NCBI GenBank assembly: GCA_947478525.1
Contig: CANJVU010000007.1
Coordinates: 33,920-97,919, forward strand
From: Thiotrichales bacterium
Lineage (GTDB): Bacteria > Pseudomonadota > Gammaproteobacteria > Francisellales > CACEW01
Length of the DNA: 64,000 bases
Direction: 5' to 3'
The notes under the pieces were generated by a model. The model worked only from the letters and a program-made list of their open reading frames with translations. It was not told the DNA's origin and did not search any database. Positions 1-8,950 of the stretch are shown here, in pieces (position 1 is the stretch's first letter; every line of letters begins with the position of its first letter). Position numbers and translations under genes: made by a program.

Positions 1-242
1 TTGATACCAAACCTGAATTACAAATCGATTCTGATGCAGTGAAATGTAGCCACGGCGCTACCATTGGTCAACTCGATCAACAGGCATTATTTTATTTGCA
101 GTCGCGCGGCATTGCCGAAATGCGCGCCAAGCAAATGTTGACTGAAGGTTTTATGGTCGAGTGTTTGGAGCAGGTATTGCAACTCGAATTAAAACAATAC
201 TTAACCCAAGCAGTTTCTGCCCGGTTGCAGGAGGGCTTATGA
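1..242 (+). CDS. sufD: Fe-S cluster assembly protein SufD, C-terminal fragment (5' end upstream of window)
   Basis: Open frame from nt 3 reads DTKPELQIDSDAVKCSHGATIGQLDQQALFYLQSRGI, the conserved SufD C-terminal block. Its stop overlaps the sufS start (ATGA at 239-242). Confidence 0.85.
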   Translation, partial: DTKPELQIDSDAVKCSHGATIGQLDQQALFYLQSRGIAEMRAKQMLTEGFMVECLEQVLQLELKQYLTQAVSARLQEGL

Positions 243-1447
243 TTAACGTCCGTCACGATTTCCCCATTTTACAACAAACCTTTTACGGCAAACCTTTGGC
301 TTATCTGGACAATGGTGCCACCACGCAAAAACCACAAGTGGTGATTGATGCTGAAAAAAATTTTTACGAAATCAGCAATGCCAATGTGCATCGCGGTGTC
401 TATGTGTTAAGTGAGCAAGCAACGGCTGCCTACGAAGGCGCACGCAAAACGGTGCAGCAGTTTATCAACGCGCATTCTGAGAAAGAAATTATCTTTACCC
501 GCGGCACCACAGAATCCATTAATCTGGTGGCACAAAGCTTTGGTCGTACTTTTCTGAAAGCTGGTGATGAAGTTATTATCAGTGCCATGGAACACCATTC
601 CAATATCGTGCCCTGGCAAATGCTGCGTGAGCAAATTGGCATTGTATTAAAAGTCATTCCGATGAACTTGTCAGGCGAATTGTTATTGGATGAATATGAG
701 AAATTGCTGAGCCCAAAAACCAAAGTAGTGTCCATCGTGCATGTGTCTAATGCGTTAGGGACGGTCAATCCCATTAAAAAAATCATCGACCGGGCGCATC
801 AACAGGGTGCTGTGGTGCTGATTGATGCGGCGCAATCCATTGCACATATGCCCATCGACGTACAAGCTTTGGGTTGTGATTTCTTGGCATTTTCCAGTCA
901 TAAATTATATGGCCCGACGGGTGTTGGTGTGTTGTATGGTAAGCAAGCGCTGCTGGAGAAAATGCCACCGTGCCAAGGTGGCGGCGATATGATTAAAACC
1001 GTGTCGTTTGAAAAAACCACTTATGCCGATCTACCGATGAAATTCGAAGCCGGTACACCCAATATTGCGGGCGTGATTGGTTTGGGCGCAGCCATTAAAT
1101 ACCTTGAACAAATTGGCTTGGCGAAAATCGCTGAATACGAACATCAGTTACTACAATACGCCACGCAGTCTTTACAAACAGTGTCTGGGATTCGCTTGAT
1201 TGGCACCGCAGTCGATAAAGTGGGCGTGATTTCATTTATGCTCGAGGGTGTACATCCGCATGATATCGCCAGCATTTTGGATCAACAGGGCGTTGCGGTG
1301 CGCGCTGGTCACCATTGTGCAATGCCAGTGATGACTTTCTTTAAAGTACCGGCTACGGTGCGTGCGTCTTTGGCGGTGTATAACAATAGAGAAGATATTC
1401 AGCAATTGGTAAAAGGACTAATCGTGGTACAGGAGTTGTTTAAGTAA
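239..1447 (+). CDS. sufS: Cysteine desulfurase SufS (group II, PLP-dependent)
   Basis: MINVRHDFPILQQ..YLDNGATTQKP N-terminus, PLP-lysine context FSSHKLYGPTGVG and catalytic Cys context RAGHHCAMP. ATG 239 overlaps the sufD stop, so the ORF-track start at 161 is an upstream extension. Confidence 0.95.
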   Translation: MINVRHDFPILQQTFYGKPLAYLDNGATTQKPQVVIDAEKNFYEISNANVHRGVYVLSEQATAAYEGARKTVQQFINAHSEKEIIFTRGTTESINLVAQSFGRTFLKAGDEVIISAMEHHSNIVPWQMLREQIGIVLKVIPMNLSGELLLDEYEKLLSPKTKVVSIVHVSNALGTVNPIKKIIDRAHQQGAVVLIDAAQSIAHMPIDVQALGCDFLAFSSHKLYGPTGVGVLYGKQALLEKMPPCQGGGDMIKTVSFEKTTYADLPMKFEAGTPNIAGVIGLGAAIKYLEQIGLAKIAEYEHQLLQYATQSLQTVSGIRLIGTAVDKVGVISFMLEGVHPHDIASILDQQGVAVRAGHHCAMPVMTFFKVPATVRASLAVYNNREDIQQLVKGLIVVQELFK

Positions 1448-1899
1448 TGGATGATATTCGTGAACTGTATCAGCAAGTGATTATTGATCACGGCCGCAAC
1501 CCAAGAAATTTTGGTCACTTGGAAGGCTGTACCCATCGCAAAGACGGGTTTAATCCCTTATGCGGCGATAAACTGACGTTGTGTTTGAAGTTGCAAGGTG
1601 ATCTGATCGTCGAGGCAAAATTTGAAGGCGAAGGCTGCGCCATCTCCACGGCGTCTGCTTCATTGATGACGCAGGCGGTGAAAAGCCTAACCATTGCACA
1701 GGCAGAGGCCTTGTTTGCCGCATTTCAACACATGGCGGTGCAGGGGAACCCCTCGCCTGAAGTACTAGCGCAGCTGGGTAAATTAAGTGTGTTGCGTGGC
1801 GTTTGTGCCTTCCCCGCGCGCGTGAAATGCGCAACGCTGGCGTGGCATACTTTAGAGGCTGCATTGCGTGGCAATGCAGAACCAGTATCAACGGAGTAA
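1447..1899 (+). CDS. sufU: SufU-type (zinc-dependent) sulfur transfer/scaffold protein
   Basis: Collinear by eye with Bacillus SufU: LYQQVIIDHGRNPRNFG, NPLCGD, FEGEGCAISTASASLMTQ, FPARVKCATLAW. It has the SufU-type insertion before the third Cys and no LPPVK motif. TAATG overlap with sufS. Confidence 0.85.
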   Translation: MDDIRELYQQVIIDHGRNPRNFGHLEGCTHRKDGFNPLCGDKLTLCLKLQGDLIVEAKFEGEGCAISTASASLMTQAVKSLTIAQAEALFAAFQHMAVQGNPSPEVLAQLGKLSVLRGVCAFPARVKCATLAWHTLEAALRGNAEPVSTE

Positions 1900-1903
1900 T
1901 ATT

Positions 1904-2281
1904 ATGATCAGCAAATTCAGTCCTAACCAAATCACTCTCACCTTCACCGACGGTGCGATCAAGCACTTGCAAGGCAGTTTGAGCAAAGACCCAACCGCGT
2001 TAGGTGTGTTTATGGGCACTCGCAAAGCGGGGTGCTCAGGTTATGCGTATGTCACCGAATTATTGCACACGCCTAATGATGCCTTGATTAAAGCCCAGGC
2101 CAATACAGCCTTTGCGGTCTATATTGCCCCTGAAAGTGTTGGATATTTAAATGATTTAACGGTCGATGTTGAGCAAAAAACGCTAGGGCAGAAGACGTTG
2201 GTGTATCGTAATCCCAATGAGGCCGCGCGGTGTGGTTGCGGCGAAAGTTTTATGCCCAAAAATAAAGCTGTAAAAGAGTGA
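1904..2281 (+). CDS. sufA: HesB/IscA-family A-type Fe-S carrier
   Basis: About 125 aa with the family-typical C-terminal CGCGESF and an internal Cys (GCSGYAY). Sits in the suf operon. ATG 1904 preferred over the 1868 extension that overlaps sufU. Confidence 0.8.
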   Translation: MISKFSPNQITLTFTDGAIKHLQGSLSKDPTALGVFMGTRKAGCSGYAYVTELLHTPNDALIKAQANTAFAVYIAPESVGYLNDLTVDVEQKTLGQKTLVYRNPNEAARCGCGESFMPKNKAVKE

Positions 2282-2291
2282 GATAGTTAGC

Positions 2292-2840
2292 ATGAAAATG
2301 CAGGATATTGCTGTTGTTAAACGCGATGTGGAGTGTACTTTAGTCCCCCATGGGCAGAAGATAACATTGGTTCCTGGCACGGAAGTGCTGGTGACCCAGG
2401 CATTGGGTGGGAGCTTTACCTTAAATGTCAACGGAAATTTAGTGCGCCTCGATGGTAAAGACGCGGATGCCATCGGTAAAGAACCAATGAAATCGCCGCT
2501 CGATGGGGTGGTGACCAGTGGGGATAAAGTTGACGAAGACCTGCTGTGGGCGCAACTCAAAACTTGTTACGATCCAGAGATCCCTGTTAATATTGTCGAC
2601 TTGGGGTTGATCTACGATCTGACGGTAAGTCGCATGAAACAAGGCGATTATCACGTCGGTGTGCAGATGACCTTGACAGCGCCGGGCTGTGGTATGGGTC
2701 CGGTGTTGGCACAAGATGTCGAGCAGAAATTGCTGGTGGTGCCCAACGTTAAGCAGGTGGATGTGGTTGTGGTTTTTGATCCACCGTGGAACTCTGACAG
2801 GATGTCAGAGGTGGCGAAGCTTGAATTGGGAATGTTTTAA
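2292..2840 (+). CDS. sufT: SufT-like DUF59/MIP18-family Fe-S assembly protein
   Basis: 182 aa with the DUF59 core LKTCYDPEIPVNIVDLGLIYDL and the conserved Cys context TLTAPGCGMG. Last gene of the suf block. Confidence 0.75.
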   Translation: MKMQDIAVVKRDVECTLVPHGQKITLVPGTEVLVTQALGGSFTLNVNGNLVRLDGKDADAIGKEPMKSPLDGVVTSGDKVDEDLLWAQLKTCYDPEIPVNIVDLGLIYDLTVSRMKQGDYHVGVQMTLTAPGCGMGPVLAQDVEQKLLVVPNVKQVDVVVVFDPPWNSDRMSEVAKLELGMF

Positions 2841-2886
2841 CTTGCGCTGAAGAAAAAAATAACAATAAACAAGCGGAGATATATCG

Positions 2887-3189
2887 ATGAGTACCATTAC
2901 GGTTGAACAACGTATTTTCGATAATTACAGATGTACCGTGGCAACCCTGTTAGAGCAATATGCGGCTCAGGGCATGACTTCCAAACAAGTTGCTGAAAAG
3001 CTAGACTGTGGTGTAAGCAATGTGCGTCGCATCGCGCGTAAACACAGTATCAGCTTTAATCAACCCTCCGTTTCTCCAAAAATTTCTTACAGTAAAGAAT
3101 TTTTAGACAGAACCATCAATGCAACTAATCTGTTGTCGCGCGCGTGGAGTGATCGCTTTCTTTGTTCTGTTGGGTTAGAGACTGCATAA
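2887..3189 (+). CDS. Small hypothetical protein with putative helix-turn-helix
   Basis: 100-aa ORF. The segment GMTSKQVAEKLDCGVSNVRRIARKH resembles an HTH. No family recognised. Confidence 0.4.
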   Translation: MSTITVEQRIFDNYRCTVATLLEQYAAQGMTSKQVAEKLDCGVSNVRRIARKHSISFNQPSVSPKISYSKEFLDRTINATNLLSRAWSDRFLCSVGLETA

Positions 3190-3193
3190 CATC

Positions 3194-3667
3194 ATGTCGA
3201 TTGCGATTTACCCCGGCACGTTCGACCCTGTGACCAACGGTCATATTGATTTGATTGAACGTGCCAGTAAGCTGTTTGATCGTGTCGTGGTATCTATCGC
3301 AACCAATCAAAATAAAACCCCCTATTTCAGCACGGAGCAACGACTGGCTTTGTTAAGGCAAGTGTTGGCGCCTTATTCCAATGTCAGTGTGGCGGTGGTG
3401 CAAGGGTTGTTGGTCGATTTTGCCCAGCAGCAAAACGCCACCGTGATTTTGCGTGGTATTCGTACTTCCACGGACTTTGATTATGAGCTACAAATGGCCG
3501 GAATGAATCGTCAACTTAATGCAACGCTAGAAACCATCTTTATGGTTCCAGCGGAACAATTCAGTTTTGTTTCTTCCAACTTGGTACGCGAGATTGCCAG
3601 TCTGGGCGGGGATGTCAGCCGATTTGTGCCGCCAGCGGTGGTTGCTGCGATTATCGCTAAAAAATAA
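3194..3667 (+). CDS. coaD: Phosphopantetheine adenylyltransferase
   Basis: MSIAIYPGTFDPVTNGHIDLIERA with the T/HxGH nucleotidyltransferase motif, and a typical 157-aa length. Confidence 0.95.
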   Translation: MSIAIYPGTFDPVTNGHIDLIERASKLFDRVVVSIATNQNKTPYFSTEQRLALLRQVLAPYSNVSVAVVQGLLVDFAQQQNATVILRGIRTSTDFDYELQMAGMNRQLNATLETIFMVPAEQFSFVSSNLVREIASLGGDVSRFVPPAVVAAIIAKK

Positions 3668-3765
3668 GACATATTTGAGTGGTATGAAAAAACCACACAA
3701 TTTGCTTTAGCAATTTCAAAAAATATGCTATGATTCGTTCACTTTTAGAGCCATAGAGTGGGATC

Positions 3766-5190
3766 ATGAAAAAACAATTTTCCGTGTTACAAACTGCCAT
3801 TGCTATGTTCCTGATTATGGGGGCATCTTTGTATGGGTGTTTTATATTATTTTCAACACTGTCTTTATATCTGGTGCATCACCTCAATATGTCCGACAGT
3901 GATGCTGTCAGTATTAATGCGGCGTTTTCCGCTTTGCAATTTGCCTTTTCAATTTTAGGCGGCGAGTTTGGTGCGCGTTTTGGACACCGCCGTACGGCTT
4001 TTTTTGGTGGCATTGCACTGATTGCATCCATGTTATTGTTCTTAACACCCATCGGGCCTTTTATTACCCTATCGTTATTCATCATTGGGTTGGGCTGCTT
4101 TGTTCCCAACTGTATGATTTGTTTGGGACAGGTGTTTGAAGCGCATGATGCCAAGCGCAGTGCTGCCTATACCTTTATGTATCTGGGCATGAACGCTGGC
4201 GCCATGGCAGCGGTGATCATGGTGGGCTGGTTTATTCTGCATTGGGGTTGGCAGGTTGCGTTATCCATTGGCGCCGCTGGGTTTTTGGTGATGCTGTTGG
4301 TGTTTCTCTATTGCTATCAACGTCTGCCGTTTTTACCAGGTACGCAATGCGCCAAGCAAAATCAACAGCCGGCTGGTTTTTGCAAACCGCTCACCTTGTT
4401 GAGCGTGATGAGTATTGTAGGTATTCTGATTTTTATTCCGTTATTGCAACACTACACCGCCAGCGAATGGTTTATGGCCGTGCTGTGGCTGGGCACTTTA
4501 GGCTATATTATTGCTCGGTTGGTGCGGGAAGCTTCACCCAAGACTCGCAAGGCTATTGCCTATTTGATTTTACTGATGATTGTGGTGAGCTTGTTCTTTA
4601 TTCCCTATTATTTGGAAGTGACCGTGTTGCCGCTGTTTACCGACAGTTACATCAATACCACGGTGCTGGGCTATCCTATTCCATCGGTAACGTTTTTGGC
4701 GCTTAACCCGATTTTTAACTTGATCATCGGTGTGGTGATGTTGTTTTATGTCTGGCGTCGTCCACAGGCCAAAACCAGAAGCGATTGGCGGATCTATAGC
4801 GCCGTTACTTTCTCTGGGTTGGCGTTTTTATTATTGGCGCTGGTGATCATGATGACGCATCAAGCACAACTGCTGTCTGCTGCCTGGTTGCTGCCAGTCT
4901 ATGCCTTGTTATGTCTGGCGGAAATGCTTGCAGTACCCGCGCTGTATTCCATCGTCACCGAATTTGCCACCCCTGCGTTACAAGGCATTTTTATGGGCTT
5001 CGCGCAATTGGCCAGCGGCATGGGCGCGATTATTTGTGGCGCCATTTCTACGTCGATGATGGCTGGTAGTAAATCAGTGGCGCAATTGACCAGTATTCAG
5101 AACGGATTCTTGTGGAGTGGTATTATTATTACCATCATTGGATTGTTGCTATGGCTTTTCGCAAGACCCATTTATCGGTTGTTTCAATAA
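3766..5190 (+). CDS. POT/PTR2-family (MFS) proton-dependent oligopeptide transporter
   Basis: Multi-TM 474 aa. PTR2-like motifs GGEFGARFGHRRTAFFGG and AYTFMYLGMNAGAM. Confidence 0.7.
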   Translation: MKKQFSVLQTAIAMFLIMGASLYGCFILFSTLSLYLVHHLNMSDSDAVSINAAFSALQFAFSILGGEFGARFGHRRTAFFGGIALIASMLLFLTPIGPFITLSLFIIGLGCFVPNCMICLGQVFEAHDAKRSAAYTFMYLGMNAGAMAAVIMVGWFILHWGWQVALSIGAAGFLVMLLVFLYCYQRLPFLPGTQCAKQNQQPAGFCKPLTLLSVMSIVGILIFIPLLQHYTASEWFMAVLWLGTLGYIIARLVREASPKTRKAIAYLILLMIVVSLFFIPYYLEVTVLPLFTDSYINTTVLGYPIPSVTFLALNPIFNLIIGVVMLFYVWRRPQAKTRSDWRIYSAVTFSGLAFLLLALVIMMTHQAQLLSAAWLLPVYALLCLAEMLAVPALYSIVTEFATPALQGIFMGFAQLASGMGAIICGAISTSMMAGSKSVAQLTSIQNGFLWSGIIITIIGLLLWLFARPIYRLFQ

Positions 5191-5339
5191 AAAGATTGTA
5201 ATTTTATGTACATGTGTGCAATCGCTGTTCATGCATTTCACTATGTTGCGTGGCTCAGTAATCAATACGTATATAATCCCAATTGATCTTTCACCGCACT
5301 CTGTTATATTGAATATCAAGTCAAGCAACGGAACCCCTC

Positions 5340-6710
5340 ATGGCAGAACCCACCGCGATTGTGTTGAGTTGGAAAGACGTCAAAAAACAAGTGATTGAAC
5401 TCAACCCATTTATCGGCAACGAGATGGATCAAATCCCCGGCGTTGATGACTTCAAAGTATTGCGCGTGCGGTATCCTTACGGCATGGACATCGTTAAAGC
5501 CGGTAAATTCCACATCAACTTCGCCGGTCACTGCACCCCGTTTGATTCGCAAGTCACCCCCAAACACATCCGCGAGATGTTGGATTATTTTTGGTTGGGG
5601 ATTCCGTTTGGGATGGTTACGCGGAATACGGTTGAGTCGCATACTGAGCTACCATCACATGTTGTGCCATTCAGGCTACTAAAATCAGGTAATATTTTTT
5701 CGTTACTGACTGTTTTTGAAGATAGATCAAGATTGCATTATTTTACGCAATTGCACTATGTAAAATCGGGTTGCCGTTCGTTAACGATGTTGCCTCAGAT
5801 TGCAGATAAAGTTTATAGTGAACGCTTGACCCGAAAATATGGCGTACGTGAATATTTAAATCCCAAATTATTAGGTCGCCACTGGGAATTGTTTGTGGAA
5901 TTAGTAAACTCGCCACAATTTCAAACAGATTGGTATTGTGAGGTGCTGTATTTTTCAAAAGATTTTATTAAAGCGATTGAAAACATGAGTGGATTTAAAG
6001 AAAAATTATTATCAATTGCTTGGAGATTGGTGGCTTTTGATAGACATGGTTTTTCTTATGATATGATTTGGTCTTTGTTTGAAGAGGCCAATTTAGATTT
6101 GGCCACGCGTAATCATATTCGAGTGATTGAAACCGTCAAACATATTATTCGCATGGCGCTGTCAGAATATCCTCCGGGTTTTGTGCCTGCGACCTGCAAC
6201 AGTGCTGGACCAGTTTCGCAATTGATGGAAACCTTTGATCAAGTTTATCGCATGCGCTATTTTTATCCGATCATGATGCAACTGGCGAGTTATGATGGCA
6301 AGAATCCCCTGTATTACTCGTTGAACAAGCCCGCGTTTTTCCATGCCATCCCGGAGAATGCCGCGGTTACCGAAGGGGTGTTGGACACCTTGGGTATTAA
6401 ACAGGTGTTGGAATTGTTCAAAGAACAAGTGTTAAAAGATAAATTGCCGATTTCGTTGAAAGGCACGGCATTGTATGAAATGCTCGAAACCACCGAATTT
6501 GATTTTTACCACACCGGTGCCGAACCGGATCAATTGAAAACCGATGCGCCGCTGTTGATGGCAGAAGACCCACGGTTTATGCAAGCGGCGAACATGATCC
6601 AATACGACCGCGATACCCTGCGCACACCCGAGAAAGCAACGTTTTTTAACGGCTGCATCCGCATCCGGCCTAAGGGGTATGGTAAGAGCGAGGCAGCGCT
6701 GAGTAAATGA
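5340..6710 (+). CDS. Hypothetical protein (456 aa), no family recognised
   Basis: Long uninterrupted ORF with no convincing overlapping alternative. The central part (about 5640-6160) is visibly more AT-rich than the ends. Confidence 0.5.
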   Translation: MAEPTAIVLSWKDVKKQVIELNPFIGNEMDQIPGVDDFKVLRVRYPYGMDIVKAGKFHINFAGHCTPFDSQVTPKHIREMLDYFWLGIPFGMVTRNTVESHTELPSHVVPFRLLKSGNIFSLLTVFEDRSRLHYFTQLHYVKSGCRSLTMLPQIADKVYSERLTRKYGVREYLNPKLLGRHWELFVELVNSPQFQTDWYCEVLYFSKDFIKAIENMSGFKEKLLSIAWRLVAFDRHGFSYDMIWSLFEEANLDLATRNHIRVIETVKHIIRMALSEYPPGFVPATCNSAGPVSQLMETFDQVYRMRYFYPIMMQLASYDGKNPLYYSLNKPAFFHAIPENAAVTEGVLDTLGIKQVLELFKEQVLKDKLPISLKGTALYEMLETTEFDFYHTGAEPDQLKTDAPLLMAEDPRFMQAANMIQYDRDTLRTPEKATFFNGCIRIRPKGYGKSEAALSK

Positions 6711-6829
6711 AGAAGGTATAAGTTCTCTTTTTACTTAATGGATATTTATTTTTGATCAAAATGTGTTTATAATAACCAGGCAATAATTATTTTGTATCAT
6801 TAATGGTACATTTTGTCGGGAAGTGTGTT

Positions 6830-7180
6830 ATGATTGCGAAAATGCAAAAGTTAGAAGTGGTTTTTTTCAGGACAGAGCAGGGGAGTGAACCAGTGAGAGA
6901 GTGGTTGCAATCTTTGCCTAAGCCGGATCGTCAAATCATTGGTCAGAATATGATGACAGTGCAATATGGTTGGCCAGTCGGCATGCCATTGGTGCGTAGT
7001 TTGGGTCAGAGGCTTTGGGAAGTGCGATCCGTATTGCTGCGGGGGGTGGCAAGAATTATATTTTTGTTTGATAACGACTGTATGGTTCTGTTGCATGGGT
7101 TCATCAAGAAAACGCAAAGTACGCCATTACATGAATTGGCACTGGCAAAAAAGCGTAGCGTTATTTATATGACAAGTTAA
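6830..7180 (+). CDS. RelE/ParE-superfamily toxin, Gp49/HigB-like (DUF891 type)
   Basis: KLEVVFFRTEQGSEPVREWLQSLP...WEVRS...ARIIFLFDNDCMVLLHGFIKKTQSTP...AKKR matches the Gp49-like toxin pattern. Start ambiguous (6803, 6830 or 6842). Confidence 0.8.
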   Translation: MIAKMQKLEVVFFRTEQGSEPVREWLQSLPKPDRQIIGQNMMTVQYGWPVGMPLVRSLGQRLWEVRSVLLRGVARIIFLFDNDCMVLLHGFIKKTQSTPLHELALAKKRSVIYMTS

Positions 7181-7193
7181 ATGGAGATATTTT

Positions 7194-7478
7194 ATGAGCA
7201 ATAAACACAAGGGTTCTTCATTTGAATCTTTTTTGGAAGAAGAAGGTATTCTGGCTGAAACAGAAGCCATTGCAGTGAAACGAGTGATTGCATATCAGTT
7301 AGAACAAGAAATGAAACAATCCCATATTAGCAAAGTAGATTTGGCAGCAAAAATGTCAACCAGTCGTGCTGCATTGGCTCGGTTGCTCGACCCTGCAAAT
7401 ACCGCAGTAAGTTTGAAGACCTTGGTAAAACTAGGAAATGCTTTGGGTAAGCATTTAGTGGTATCGTTTCAACCTTGA
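7194..7478 (+). CDS. XRE-type HTH antitoxin (HigA-like partner)
   Basis: 94 aa immediately downstream of the Gp49-like toxin (toxin-first order typical of HigBA). HTH segment ISKVDLAAKMSTSRAALARLL. Confidence 0.75.
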   Translation: MSNKHKGSSFESFLEEEGILAETEAIAVKRVIAYQLEQEMKQSHISKVDLAAKMSTSRAALARLLDPANTAVSLKTLVKLGNALGKHLVVSFQP

Positions 7479-7785
7479 TTAAAAATCGAGTCGACTAAAC
7501 GATAAGGAGTTGCTGAGTATTACGTTTTATGGCAAAAAACGGCAAAAACAAAATCACAAAAAATCATTTAAAATCAATTAGATAAAGTGGTGTCGCCTGG
7601 GAAAATTGCCTGTAACTCTTTGAATTTTAGCCAATAAATAAATCTTAAATTATACTTGTAACAGGCTGGATTTTTGTGTCACCTTTCCATTACACTCTGT
7701 TTGCGGTACTGCTACACCGCATCGACTCCTCCTGAACGATGAAATATCTCCTCGAATAAAAACAATAATAAATGGAGAAATTACC

Positions 7786-7863
7786 ATGAATAGCCTGCTA
7801 CGCTTTCAAAATGATTCGTTAATATCAAACTCTTGTGCCATTGGTTTAATCGAGCAGTTTTAA
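7786..7863 (+). CDS. Possible 25-codon upstream ORF (MNSLLRFQNDSLISNSCAIGLIEQF)
   Basis: GGAG 7 nt upstream of ATG 7786. Its stop TAA (7861-7863) lies 1 nt before the ATG of the MoaD-like gene. No homology recognised and it could be non-coding leader. Confidence 0.2.
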   Translation: MNSLLRFQNDSLISNSCAIGLIEQF

Positions 7864-7864
7864 T

Positions 7865-8137
7865 ATGTTAGTTTTAACCCTCCCACCCCCAATCTCAACC
7901 CACCTGCAAGGGCTAAGCCGACTCGAATTAAAGGCTAATACCTTGCAGGCGATGGTGGGGGAGTTACGTGAGCAATACCCCAAGCTGTACGGGGTATTGT
8001 TTACCCCACAAGGCACACTCAATGGCTTTGTGAATATTTACCTCAACCAAACACGAGTATCAGATCAGTTACACACCGATCGAGTACTGAATGAAGGTGA
8101 TGTATTGGAAGTGCTGGTTTCCGTCTCCGGCGGTTGA
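7865..8137 (+). CDS. MoaD/ThiS/CysO-family ubiquitin-fold sulfur-carrier-like protein (C-terminal GG)
   Basis: 90 aa. The pattern LTLPPPISTHLQG..ELKANTLQAMVGELREQYP...GFVNIYLNQTRV...GDVLEVLVSVSGG* parallels CysO/MoaD-like proteins (..FVNIYVN..D..GD.V.ILPAV(A/S)GG*). Confidence 0.7.
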   Translation: MLVLTLPPPISTHLQGLSRLELKANTLQAMVGELREQYPKLYGVLFTPQGTLNGFVNIYLNQTRVSDQLHTDRVLNEGDVLEVLVSVSGG

Positions 8138-8230
8138 CAGTCTTGTGCAGTGGTTTGTCTTTATCAAAAACTGGGATGCCAGCATAAGTCGAAGTTGCAG
8201 ACGTTGAGGCAGATGCAGCGAGGGAATTAA

Positions 8231-8545
8231 TTATCGATACGCACTGTCATGATCGGTGTGCAGGGTCAGTAATCGCAAAAATGCATCCTGACGCATCGCA
8301 GTGGCGCGATATTTTTTAGAAAAGCGCAGAGAGTACAATCGCTGGCCTTGGTGGCCTTGTTTGGACAAGATGGCTTCCCAATGTAACCCCTTGTCTTGGT
8401 ACAACTGCACCCAGGTCATCTGGCTGATTTTTTTGAGGGTTTTTAACAATGCCACTTGTTCCTCAGATTGCAATCCAAAAAAATCATGCTGAAAGGAGGG
8501 GGTGTTTAAATCCAGTTTGATTAATTCCATCAGCATTTTGGTCAT
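8231..8545 (-). CDS. Putative RelE/ParE-superfamily toxin
   Basis: 104 aa. C-terminal LYSLRFSKKYRATAMRQDAFLRLLTLHTDHDSAY resembles RelE/ParE-fold toxins. ATGA overlap with the upstream small gene. Confidence 0.5.
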   Translation of the reverse strand: MTKMLMELIKLDLNTPSFQHDFFGLQSEEQVALLKTLKKISQMTWVQLYQDKGLHWEAILSKQGHQGQRLYSLRFSKKYRATAMRQDAFLRLLTLHTDHDSAYR

Positions 8546-8814
8546 ACGCGTTTGGTCTTGCTTTTAGATATCAGACTATCAAGCGCGGTCTCGTGTGGGG
8601 TATGTTGCTCAGCCCACGCTAATGCAGCATCCAGTTTGGCTTTGTGTTCTGCTTCCCACAACCATTTTTCCGATTCTGGAATAAATTGCCCAGCTTTAAT
8701 CACGCAGGTGTTTTCATCGGTTTGATCGATCATGACCGTTTTACCGGCCCAGGCTTTGCCCAATGACAATTGGCCATTAATACCGACCGCTTTAACTTGT
8801 TGGTGCAGGTTCAT
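8542..8814 (-). CDS. Putative AbrB/MazE/SpoVT-type antitoxin
   Basis: 90 aa. N-terminal VKAVGINGQLSLGKAWAGKTVMIDQ resembles a swapped-hairpin DNA-binding fold. Overlaps the downstream toxin-like gene by 4 nt. Confidence 0.5.
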   Translation of the reverse strand: MNLHQQVKAVGINGQLSLGKAWAGKTVMIDQTDENTCVIKAGQFIPESEKWLWEAEHKAKLDAALAWAEQHTPHETALDSLISKSKTKRV

Positions 8815-8950
8815 GATAGGTATTCTCCTGAATTTAGGATTTTAGGATAATGTAAATGTAGGAAATAGTCAATATAGTTATCGGTGATATCTGAGGCATT
8901 AAAGCAAATCTGGGTACTCGACCCCAATGGTGTGCGCGTTGAATTGGCGT

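Noticed and set aside
161-238. Upstream extension of sufS in the ORF track (start at 161)
   Set aside because: It overlaps the sufD coding frame. ATG 239 gives the canonical SufS N-terminus and an ATGA overlap with sufD.
4242-4706. 154-aa same-strand ORF inside the POT transporter gene, and similar nested or antisense ORFs
   Set aside because: They are alternative-frame or antisense ORFs within well-supported genes, with low-complexity or Arg/Cys-rich translations and no motifs. Other examples are 407-786, 9104-9427, 17358-17678, 19622-19927, 22739-23119, 25144-25482 and 33492-33953.
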